From NCBI RefSeq assembly GCF_006345805.1, contig NC_043011.1:61888464-61952463 (forward strand): DNA of 64,000 nt. The letters are read 5' to 3'. The notes beneath the pieces were generated by a model. That model did not search any database and was not told the DNA's origin. It saw only the letters and a list, made by a program, of their open reading frames with translations. The number at the start of each line of letters is the position of its first letter. Positions within the stretch are counted from its first letter, which is position 1. Source of the DNA: Octopus sinensis. Its lineage: Eukaryota. The translations under genes and the position numbers were made by a program. Positions 53,339 to 64,000 of the stretch are shown piece after piece.

Positions 53339-54339
53339 GACACAAAGCTTTGGTCGGCCCCCTTCCGGGGGTCGATAAATTAAGTACCAGTTACGCACTG
53401 GGGTCGTTGTAATCGACTTAATCCATTTTTCTGTCCTTGTTTGTCCCTTCTATGTTTAGCCCCTTGTGGGTAATAAAGAAACATATTGTAAAAGACCCTT
53501 TCCCAAGGTGCCACGCAGTGGGAGTGAACTCGGAACCATGTGGTTGGGAACCAAGCTTCTTACCACACAGCTACGCCTGCACCTGTGTGTATAACTTTAA
53601 CAGCCACAGATACTGTACCTGTCTAATATAAAAAATAATCACTATTGATATGTGTGTGTGTGTGTGGTAAAAAGTTTGTTTCCTAACAACACCGGTTCCC
53701 GGTTCAGTCCCACTGCGTGGCAGCTTGGTCAAGTATCTTCAACTATAGCCTCGGGCTGAAAGAAGCCTATCGTGTGTGTGTGTGTGTGCGAGTGAGTGAG
53801 TGTGTGTGTGTGTGAGTGCGTGTGTGTCTGTGTGTTAGTGTCTGGTCTATGTTTGCTCCCACCACTATTTGACAACCGGCGTCGGTGTGTTTACGACCCC
53901 GTAACCTAGCGGCTCGAGTTAAAGACCCCGATAGGACATGTACCAGGCTTAAGCAAAAATGATAAGTACTGAGGTTATCCATTCGACAGAAAATTTCCCC
54001 CAAGGCTTTGCCCCAGCATGGCCGCAGTCTAATGACACAGGTGAATCATCTGGCCAATGAAATCACACGCACTGATTAACTCATATTCTTTTATTCTTTT
54101 ACTTGTTTCAGTTATTTGACTGCGGCCATGCTGGAGCAATGTCTCTAATCAAACAAATTGACCCCAGGACGTATTATTTGTAAGCCTAGTATTTATTCTA
54201 TCGGTCTCTTTTGCCGAACCGCTAAGTGACGGGGACGTAAACACACCAGCATCGGTTATCGAGCGATGTTGGGGAGACATACACAAACACACAAACACGC
54301 ATATACATACATACATACATACATACATACATACATACA

Positions 54340-54400
<61 letters not shown>

Positions 54401-54505
54401 CGACGGGATACTTTCAGTTTCCGGCTACGGTCATCCCGAGGCTATAGTAGAAGTGGGACTGAACCCAGAACCATGTAGTTATTAAGCAAGCTACTTACCA
54501 CATAT
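53085..54505. mobile_element. cluster of SINE A copies (53085-53582 -, with a B fragment at about 53360-53480; 53680-54035 +; 54087-54505 -)
   Basis: Family A and B motifs in alternating orientation. Confidence 0.85.
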
Positions 54506-55036
54506 CTACCGTATTTTAACCCTTTCTTTTTTTAAAAATTAGATTAAAAAATATAGGAGTTTCTTATACATAGATATTATTTATAATCCCTTACAAAGCC
54601 TTTTTTCCAGATTTCAAGCCCCAAATATTAGAGGTTCCTTGTACAAGAGGTTTCTCTATGCACGTTAAAATACTGTGTATCGTTTACTAATCCATTAATT
54701 CTGCATTATCTTGTTCGGTTATGGTTCGTCAAAATATTTTTTTAACGCATTTGTAACCTTCTCAAGTGATTCCTGTTCTGCAGCTGATATTATTCTTATG
54801 CTGCTTAGCGTTGTTTATGTTGCCAAGTGTTTGTGTTTTTATTCGCAGTATGACCCTCCTCGGGTATAACAGTTTCTGCTGCAGCCCACGTTTTCGCATG
54901 AAGAAATACTGCAGAGCGAAGAGAAAATAAAATTTGAAGGTTTATACGTGTGTGTTTGTGTTTGTATGTTTGTACTGGCAAACGATATAAACGCCGTTGT
55001 ACCAATATGGCTGCATTCATGTTCATACATACATAC

Positions 55037-55071
<35 letters not shown>

Positions 55072-55081
55072 CATACATACG

Positions 55082-55171
<90 letters not shown>

Positions 55172-55709
55172 GCACACACTCAAACACACATATATATTTA
55201 TATACGTACATATATGTATATATGCATCATTTATCTTTTACCTGTTTCAATCATTAGACTGCGACCATTCTGGGGCATCGCCTTGAAGGAATTAGTCGAA
55301 AAAAAATCGTAGCTAACTCTAGTGACCTTCCTCTCTCTATTATATACATACGAACGTAGCAGGTAACAGCTAATCTTTGGGCGCAGTTTTGGAGCTCGTT
55401 GTGTCTATCTACCGCTCTGATTGGTTGGTATTGGCGCAATTTGTCTCTTACTCTATCGTGCTCCAATATGCAACCCAGACAATCGCAGCCTCCAAATAAA
55501 TCACGTTGGCTATAAAAACCCAACTCCTCCTAGTCACGAGGTCTGTTGGTTCCAGACCTTCTAAGGACTAACCACTGACCACATTACAGCGATCTCCATC
55601 TTCGTCGCCACCATCATGTCTCTCACCAACGTCGCCAACAACATCTCTACACAGCACCAACACACTGCACAGGTTCTAATCTATCGTTGCTCGTGAGTTC
55701 CTCGCCAGG

Positions 55710-56100
55710 GTTACGTTCTGAGTTCAAATTCCGCCGAGATTGACTTTACCTTTCATCCTTTCATCGTCGATAAATTAAGTATCAGTTGCGTACTGGGATC
55801 AATCTAATCGACTGGCCCCTTCCCCAAAATTTCGGGTCTTGTGCCCAGAGTAGAAAAGAATAATAATAATTCTTTCCACTCTAGGGAGACAACTTGAAAG
55901 GTCAGTAAGGGACAAGGCCAGCCATTTTGGAGGAGGGGTGAGATAATTACATCAGTTCCACAGGTACTTGCTTTATCGGCCTCAGAAAGACGAAAGGCGA
56001 AGAACACCTTGGTGGAATTCGAACTCAGAACATTAAAGCGAACGAAATGCTGGTAAACATTTTGACCCGGCGTGCTAACGATTCTGCCAGTTTGTCGCCT
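55710..56100. mobile_element. two SINE B copies, tail to tail (55710-55865 +, 55870-56100 -)
   Basis: B core on both strands. Confidence 0.8.
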
Positions 56101-56139
56101 TTGAATGCCTTAATAAAACTAATACTAATAATAATTATT

Positions 56140-56275
56140 GAGGACGACGACGGCGATGGTGATGATGATGACGATGGCGATGATGATGACAACGATGATG
56201 ATGACGATCATGACGACGATGATGATGATAATGATGCTGATGATGATGATATCAATGACGATGATGACGATGACA

Positions 56276-56330
<55 letters not shown>

Positions 56331-56337
56331 CGATGAT
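56140..56337. repeat. (GAT/GAC)n tract
   Basis: Directly visible. Confidence 0.95.
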
Positions 56338-57102
56338 TTCTTTTACTTGCTACCAGAGCGGCGGATAATGAGAGACGATGCAAAGACAAACACAAAGTGT
56401 GAAGACTCGCATAGAACCGAAAGATCTCAAAAGTAACATGAACTTATAAAAGGCATTCAGAAGAATTCCTTGTTTAAGAAGGAAAAATAATATGAAACGT
56501 ACGTAATGATGGTAGAAGCCTATAAAAATATTGGTGATGATGTAATCCTTCTAAAATACCTGGTTCATTAGCCAGTTTAGGAGCCCCACTATCCAAGATC
56601 TCTGTGAACCCCTAGAGCAAGTGCCCTCTCGAAAATTTGCTCTCAGACTTAGGCTTATACTTAGAGTGGTGCCATCCACTCTTCCCATTTTCTTCCATTT
56701 TCTTTATTTTCACCCACCATCAAGAAATTCCCTGAAGGTTAACAAAACCCACTCCACCTTCTCAGGTGAAACGTGAAAAGACTCGATGAGGGTTCCACCA
56801 AAGAGGAACGTCTGTGTCATAATACCTTTGAAGCTAGTCCACCACACAACCTTCTTTCGTTAGAGCCACCAGACAGCAGCAGTTGTTTACAATTATCGAG
56901 GTGTTTAGTTGAATTATACACGCAGTGTTGGCTAAAAGCTTGGATCTATCATCTAAAAGTACATTATATCGCAAGTGTATTTATACATATAAAATGGCTG
57001 ATCGTTAAAACTCTTCACAGAAGTTATCCTATTACATCTGATAACGCTGCTTTACAGAATGCAAGCGGAAATCCTTCGCTTTCCGTTCCGTAAACCTTCC
57101 CC

Positions 57103-57141
<39 letters not shown>

Positions 57142-57189
57142 TGCTACTCTTGAATGTCATTTATAAATTTATTTACTACAGTTAAATGA

Positions 57190-57375
57190 TAATAGCCCAA
57201 GGGATAGGATGTTGTAAATACGATGGCAGTATCGTGGTTTCGATTCCTGGAGTGGATGTAGAGTGTTGTGTTCTTAAGCAAAGCGCTTCATCTTACGTTC
57301 CTCCCGGTCCTCACAATTGTAAGATGGGTAACCTACGATGGACTGGCATTCCCAACCACTCAGTTGCGGGAACGT
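57190..57375 (+). mobile_element. SINE family E, diverged
   Basis: GGTTTCGATTCC B box, GTTGTGTTCTTAAGCAAAG, CGATGGACTGGCAT. Confidence 0.7.
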
Positions 57376-57443
57376 AACCAAACCAACACTGGCTAAAAAT
57401 CAGTTGTGGGAAGAAACACAAATAGACAGACAGAGAGACAGAC

Positions 57444-57539
<96 letters not shown>

Positions 57540-57567
57540 TTATGAGCTTCCACACAGTTTCCGTCTA

Positions 57568-57838
57568 CCGGATGAAACTTTCAGGGATGTTTAGCCTCGT
57601 TACTGGCACGAACTGATTAGATTTTGGGGTCATTTCCGGTATGGACAAGGATTCTGGATTATTTTTCCAGGTTTTTTTTCGCTTAATTTTAGAGAACAGT
57701 TTCATTTTTAGTATTCTCGTTTGGGAGAGCAATCGAGTTCGTTTCAAACGTTCTCATTTTAAAAATCATCTCCGGTTAATCGTCGAGAGGAAGTTGGTGT
57801 TGCCTCGGCACAGGTTGCACTCTCTGAGTGGTCTTGTT
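57568..57838 (+). mobile_element. Helentron-type non-autonomous element, 3' part
   Basis: GATGAAACTTTCAGGG...TGATTAGATTTTGG...3' end CCTCGGCACAGGTTGCACTCTCTGAGTG plus T run. Confidence 0.55.
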
Positions 57839-57844
57839 TTTTTA

Positions 57845-58061
57845 TTTTTATTCCTTTATTTGTCTCAGTCATTTGACTGCGGCCATGCTAGAGCATCGTC
57901 TTTAGTCGGACAAATCGATCCCAGGACTTATTCTTTGTAAGTTTAGTACTTGTTCTATCGGTGTCCTTTGCCGAAGCGTTAAGTTACGGGGACGTAAACA
58001 CACCAGCATCGATTGTCAAGCGATGGTGGTGCAGGGCCAAACACAGGCACAAATATATATA

Positions 58062-58108
<47 letters not shown>

Positions 58109-58262
58109 AAATATACGACGAGCTTCTTTTAGTCACCGTCTACCAAATCCACACAGAAGGCTTTGGTCGGCCCGTGACTACGGCAGAAGACACTTGCCCA
58201 AGGTACCACGCATTGGGATTGAACCTGGAACCATGTGGCTGGTAAGCAAGCTACTTACAACA
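57845..58262 (-). mobile_element. SINE family A
   Basis: Reverse complement of A. Confidence 0.88.
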
Positions 58263-58397
58263 CATCCTTTCAACAAGTTCAATTCTACCAGGTAAGCATC
58301 ATAAGGATGTATTTCCATAGCGTTCTAAATATGTGGATTTGGGGAGAGAAAGAGAGAAAGATGCAGACTGACAGACAGAGACAAGGATAGGGTGGGA

Positions 58398-58462
<65 letters not shown>

Positions 58463-58854
58463 AAAGAAGACCTTAGAAGGAGCGAAATGATATTCTGTGT
58501 TAATGTCTGTTTCATTTTATTTTGCTTTAGTTTGATTTTTTTTTTTTTTTTAGGTATTTTTAAATTTTTACTTTCCGTGTTTATGATATGAAATAAAGGT
58601 ACGAATCAGGATGTGTTTTCGGAAGCATAAGATCTATTACATATCAAAGAACAGCATAAGGGAATCTTTATGGTGAATGGTAAGAAAAAAAATTTCTTAT
58701 ATCAATAAAACTGATATCGCATATTTAGAAGAAGAAGAAAAAGAAGGCCACATTCCTACCACTATCTCCCTCATCAAGAGAATCTTCAATAAAAGTACCA
58801 CTTCCTTATTATGGCAGAAGAGAAGAACATTTCGTTGATGTTTCACACATGTAA

Positions 58855-59460
58855 GGCGACGAGCTGGTAGAAACGTTAGCACGCCGGGCGAAATGCTTAG
58901 CAGTATTTCGTCTGCCGTTACATTCTGAGTTCAAATTCCGCCGAGATCGACTTTGCCTTTCATCCTTTCGGGGTCGATAAATTAATTACCAGTTACGCAC
59001 TGGAGTCGATCTAATCGACTTAATCCCTTTGTCTGTCCTTATTTGTCCCCTCTATGTTTAGCCCCTTGTGGGCAATAAAGAAATAAGAAAGGTTTGCACG
59101 CTGGGTGATATGCTTAGCGGTATTTCGTTTGTCTTTACGTTCTGAGTTGGAATTCCGCCGAATCGATTTTGCTGTTAATCCTTTCGGGGTCGATAAATTA
59201 AGTACCAGTTCCGTACTGGGGTCGATCTAATCGACTGCTCCTCTCCCTCAAAATTTCAGAGCTTGTGCCAAGAGTAGAAAAGAATATTTCACACGTGTAA
59301 GGCGGCGTGCTGGCAAAATCGTTAGCACGCCGGGCGAAATGCTTAGCCGTATTTCGACTGTCATTACGTTTTGAGTTCAAATTCCGCCATGGTCGACTTT
59401 GCTTTTTATCCTCTCCGGATCGATAAGATTTGAATCAGTAGAGCACTGGGGTCAGTGCTA
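58855..59460 (+). mobile_element. SINE family B array
   Basis: Three heads and cores in tandem. Confidence 0.88.
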
Positions 59461-60179
59461 TCATTCTGACCCCTTTCATTACCTCTGTGCGTGCGTGTGT
59501 ATTTGTGTGTGTGTTTGTGTTTATGTGTGTGTGTGTCTGTGTCTGTGTCTGTGCGTTTGTGTGTGTGTGTTCTTTGCGTGTTTGTGTGTGTGGTGGTGCG
59601 TGCTTATGTGTGTGTACGGGGATCGATTCATTCGACTAAAAATCCTTCAAGGCAATGCTCCAGGATGGCCACAATCCAATGACTGAAACAAATAAAAGAT
59701 AAAAGTTATATTCGTGTGTGTGTGTGTGTGTGTGTGTGTGTCTGTTTGTCCTGAATTTGCCTTTAAACTGCTTTGAGGAGTGCTGAAGCACTTCTTAACC
59801 ACTAGCGTTCCCAAGTCTACTCCAAACCGGAGCAGTAGCACCTGTCAAGGACCTACATATGGGGTTAAAAAACTTTTTATGGAATTGCCTGTAGAAGAAT
59901 GCTACTCACAGACCCAGGGCACATGACAACATTAAGCTCTTTAGCTGCCCCTCAAAGAGGCTGTAACTCCATACAAAACCTGCTCCCGGATAACTACTGG
60001 ACCTTCGGCACTCGTTGCGCCAGACCAATGTAAGTTTGAAGGTTGAGAATGGAACTGGTTTGTACGCGCCATAATTACTATAACAATAAACTCCAACTAC
60101 TTTTTGGAATAATTTATAGAAAGTTTCAAAATGGATAAGGCGGTAAACAACAACAGAGAACCAGGAAAAAGTATCTTCC

Positions 60180-60392
60180 TAAATTTGGCACAAAGCTAAC
60201 CGTTTTGAAGGGAGAATGCAAGTCGATTAAATCGACCTCAGTAACTGAGTTTTACTTTATTTCATCGACCTCAAAACGATGAAAGGTAAAGTTGGCGTTG
60301 GTTGGATTTGAACTCAGAACTAAAAACATGGGAAGAAACGCCGTTAAACATTTTTGTCCGACGCGCTAACGATTCTGCTAGTTCGCCGCCTT
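60180..60392 (-). mobile_element. SINE family B, diverged
   Basis: GATGAAAGGTAAAGT..GATTTGAACTCAGAAC..GCTAACGATTCTGC. Confidence 0.8.
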
Positions 60393-60469
60393 TCACTGTT
60401 CCATGAATGATTGATTCCAAATTTTGGTAGCCTCATACTTCAATAAATGATTGGTTTCGATCCTAGATA

Positions 60470-60632
60470 GGCGTAGGAGTGGCTGTGTGGTAAGTAGCTT
60501 GCTTACGAACCTCATGGTTCCGGGTTCAGTCCCACTGCGTGGCACTTTTGGCAAATGTTTTCTACTATAGCCTCGAGCCGACCAAAGCCTTGTGAGTGGA
60601 TTTGGTAGACAGAAACTGAAAGAATCCCGTCG

Positions 60633-60683
<51 letters not shown>

Positions 60684-60903
60684 TTGTGTGTCTGTGTTTG
60701 CCCCCCCCCCGCAACATCGCTTGACAACCGATGCCGGTGTGATTACATCCCCGTAACTTAGCGGGTTCGGCAAAAAAGAGACCGATAGAATAAGTACTAA
60801 GCTTACAAAGAATAAGTCCTGGGGTCGATTTGTTCGAGCAAATGCGGTGCTCCAGCATGGCCACAGTCACATGACTGAAACAAGTAAAAGAGTAAAAGAG
60901 TAA
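60470..60903 (+). mobile_element. SINE family A, full length, followed by a B fragment (-) to about 61080
   Basis: GGCGTAGGAGTGGCTGTGTGG head through to (GAGTAAAA)n tail. Confidence 0.92.
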
Positions 60904-61431
60904 AGATCAGCATCGAATATGTCGACCTCGGAGTTAATCTGGTACTTATGTCTTCAAACATAAAATAATGAAAGGCAAAGTCGACCTCGGCGAAATTTGA
61001 ACTCAAAACTTAAACCGTAAGAAGAAATGCCGTTAAGCATTTTGATCGACGCGCCAACGATTATATCATCTCCCCGCTTTTCATTGCTCCATATATATTA
61101 TTGGATTGAATTATTTAGTTGTGTGAACAGCCTTGAATCGCTGAGAAACATGGTGTCAGAAGACGTGTGTGGAATCTTATGGCATACTAATTGTGGATCA
61201 TCCAATTCCATTCATTAGATTACGATCATCGAATGTGATTCATCGAATATTCATAAATTGCAACAATTTTATTTGTCATACGAGAGCTTTTATTCTTGAT
61301 ACAGAAATACATAGTTTATTTGCGTTGTAATGTTTACTACAAATATATGTGTGTTTGTATTTATGTATGTGTAAATGTTTATATATACGCGCGTGTGTGT
61401 GAGTGTGCATATATATATATATATACGTCCG

Positions 61432-61463
<32 letters not shown>

Positions 61464-61839
61464 ATAATATATATATATATATAATATATAATATATATAA
61501 TATAATATAACATATATATATACATATATATTTGTTTTGCAAGATTTTTTTATGTGAAATCGTGTGTTGAAACATATATTGTTGTATTTAGGAATGGTCA
61601 TTTTGCCAGTTTAGCCAATAAACAAATTACACGAACATATATAAACAGGAGATACAAATATTACAGGAATTTCCCACACATACACACACTAACTAAACAT
61701 AGACGCACATAGCGATATACGCATGCGCAAATGAAGACATCGCACGTTTTTAACATGTTCTTATTATTATCAAAGAATGTATATATGTATTGTAATATTT
61801 TGTGACAACTAGTACCTAACACAACAAAGCTTTTACATG

Positions 61840-61885
61840 TTACTTTTGACAATCTTTTTCTAAAAAAGTGAAACCGGTCAAGTAA
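61840..61885 (+). ncRNA. minimal hammerhead motif with U3-A8 core and GUC cleavage triplet
   Basis: UUACUU-UUGACAA-U-CUUUUU(CUA)AAAAAG-U-GAAA-CCG-GUC-AAGUAA: 6-bp stem I, palindromic ACCGGU stem III. Confidence 0.65.
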
Positions 61886-61957
61886 ATAAACATCTTTTAA
61901 AATTGCATTTTCAAACCTTCTTTCATATATATATATATATATCAATTAATATATATA

Positions 61958-62265
61958 TATATAGGGACTACCAAAAACGAAATGAAGCGAAGAGTAGCCG
62001 TGCACTTTCAGGAATACAAATAAGATCAGCTCGACCGGATTAAGTAAATATATTTGGGATCTTAAAGATAAAGATAATAGTTTTGATTTAGAATAGAAAT
62101 TCTTTGCCTCCGTACCTTAATACAATGTAAGAAGAAAAAGAAATGCCGCTTGTGCATCAATGAAAACTTTCATATTAAAGGCTAGACTCCCTCCTCTTAA
62201 CTCAAGGGAAGAGCGAAATACAACGTGCCTGCACAAGGCTAAATTTGCTTTCTCTAGATATAAAT
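61958..62265 (+). pseudogene. Penelope-like element GIY-YIG endonuclease remnant
   Basis: YIGTTKNEMKRRVAVH..SSTGLSKYIWDLKD..CRLCINE..LNSREE..CLHKAK, with frameshifts and stops. Confidence 0.85.
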
Positions 62266-63039
62266 AATTTTAGGGATCTAATATGCATCTTCTCCATTAA
62301 TGGCACCCAAATGTCTTCACCATAGAAATTCGATTCTAAAAGTTGGCATAGACTACCTTACAATTAAAGTTTGCTCAATAGATTTACTTACCTATGCCCC
62401 TTTAGGTAACCCAGCATTAATATCCTTACATTAAACCCGGAGTAAAAACATATCCCACACATAATAACTAAATTATATTATTTCATATCATATTGCTTCA
62501 TTTTATTACTCTTCAGTATAACCTTTACACTCTCTTATAATCATACAATACCAGTTCTCTTTACTCTTACCATAAATTTAGACTATAGACTGAACTAGTC
62601 TCCATTCCCCTACTATACCTTACATCTGTAAAAATAATTTGCAAATATTTTAATTTTTAATTTTTAATTTTAAATTGTAATCATTAATTTAATTAGGGAT
62701 ATCTACTTTTACTTATTTAATTGACCACTAGGCTGACTGATTTAAAGATTGTTTAGCCAATTAGCTGTGAAATCAGCTGTCTGATAGGCTACTCAGCTCA
62801 CTGATTAGGTGCACTGGATGGTAGACCAGTAGTCTCCATTTTAGGCCAATTACCTTCACTTAGCCATAAATATTCCCTAATTTTCATAGATAATAAATTC
62901 TTTTCATTGTTTTTACTAATTCCACATTCCTATTTAAAACCTTTTGGACCATTTTCACCCCCAACCGTCTTATTTCCTAAATGTCTAAATATATATTATA
63001 ATTTTTCAAATTCTTTTCATTGTTTTATTCGCTAATATA

Positions 63040-63712
63040 AAGTCAGAAACCATGGTCCAGGAGATAGATGGTAAATGTTCTTATTTTTAATTCCCTTCGA
63101 AATTCATCCCTAATAGTGGTTTGGATTTTGGCTATTCCTTCTAGCGTGCTAGGTACCCTATGATGGATAACTCTTATGTGTTTAAATGTACACTGTATTT
63201 ATATGAATAATATATAGTGTACTGACTAATTTTTCTACACGCTAGGCCACTGGCAATAAAAATTTCTAAAATTTTTCTTACCCTGATATTATTAATTATT
63301 GATAATTTTTGTTTTTTGGCAAATTTTCGAAGTAACGCCGGCATTATTTTATCTGCTGCCAACAAAAAACTGCGCTTGCGCGGTGGATTGCCTCGTGTTT
63401 AAATGTTTAATCTAGGCGTACCTGTTGATGAAGACTTCGCCGAGCAAATAATTTTATTTGTTAATACAAAGTCAGAAACCATGTTCCAGAAGACATTAAA
63501 TGTTTTTATTTTTCATTCCCTTCGAAATTCATCCCTAATAATGGTTTGGATTTTGGCTATTCCTTCCAGTGTGCCAGATACCCTATGATGGATACCTCTT
63601 ATGTGTTTAAACGTACATTGTATTTATATAAACAATATATAGTCTATTGACTAATTTTTCTACACGCTAGCCCAATGGTAATAAGAATTTCTAAAATTTT
63701 TATTACCCTATT
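63040..63712 (-). repeat. diverged tandem pair (about 63040-63285 and 63468-63712), possibly decayed PLE RT C-terminal region
   Basis: Direct repeat with period about 428 bp; minus-strand fragments RKISQYTIYYSY..IIGYLAR..RRNS resemble the PLE thumb region. Confidence 0.5.
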
Positions 63713-63953
63713 ATTAATCCTATATATATATATTTATGTGTATGTGTGTGTGTGTGTGTATGTGTGTGTGTATGTGTGTGTGTGTGTATGTGTGTGTGTG
63801 TGTGTGTGTGTAAGTATGTATGTATATGAATATGCTTTCGGTGCGAATGGTTTTTTATATGGCGCCGTGTTTTACAATCCTGTAAAAACGCTTAAAGCTT
63901 ATGGCGATCACCGTGCAATCACTAATGAAAATAGTTTAATAAAGGGGCATGTA

Positions 63954-64000
<47 letters not shown>

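Noticed and set aside
56047-56436. Poly-Asp ORF resembling an acidic biomineral protein (also 30013-30363)
   Set aside because: Starts in a SINE and crosses a (GAT)n microsatellite; no signal peptide or splice support

Overview
AT-rich, repeat-saturated eukaryotic DNA. It is most likely a cephalopod (Octopus-like) intron or intergenic region, judged from the recurring tRNA-derived SINE families and the extreme microsatellite density. No complete protein-coding gene can be supported. Nearly all ORFs in the track are microsatellite read-throughs, and only weak candidate exons exist. Recognisable content: four SINE types in dozens of copies; one full-length and two partial mariner transposons; R4/Dong-like LINE fragments; an RTE LINE 3' end; Penelope-like element (PLE) GIY-YIG and RT remnants; piggyBac, pogo, hAT and Helentron-type non-autonomous elements; a 100-N gap; and a near-identical ~960-bp tandem duplication. 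The most interesting signal is a set of short elements, mostly embedded in (TA)n arrays and several built as an inverted repeat plus a one-sided tail. They carry minimal type-I hammerhead ribozyme folds in which core positions 3 and 8 covary as C-G, U-A and G-C. Repeat boundaries were read by eye and are approximate unless TSDs or TIRs are quoted.
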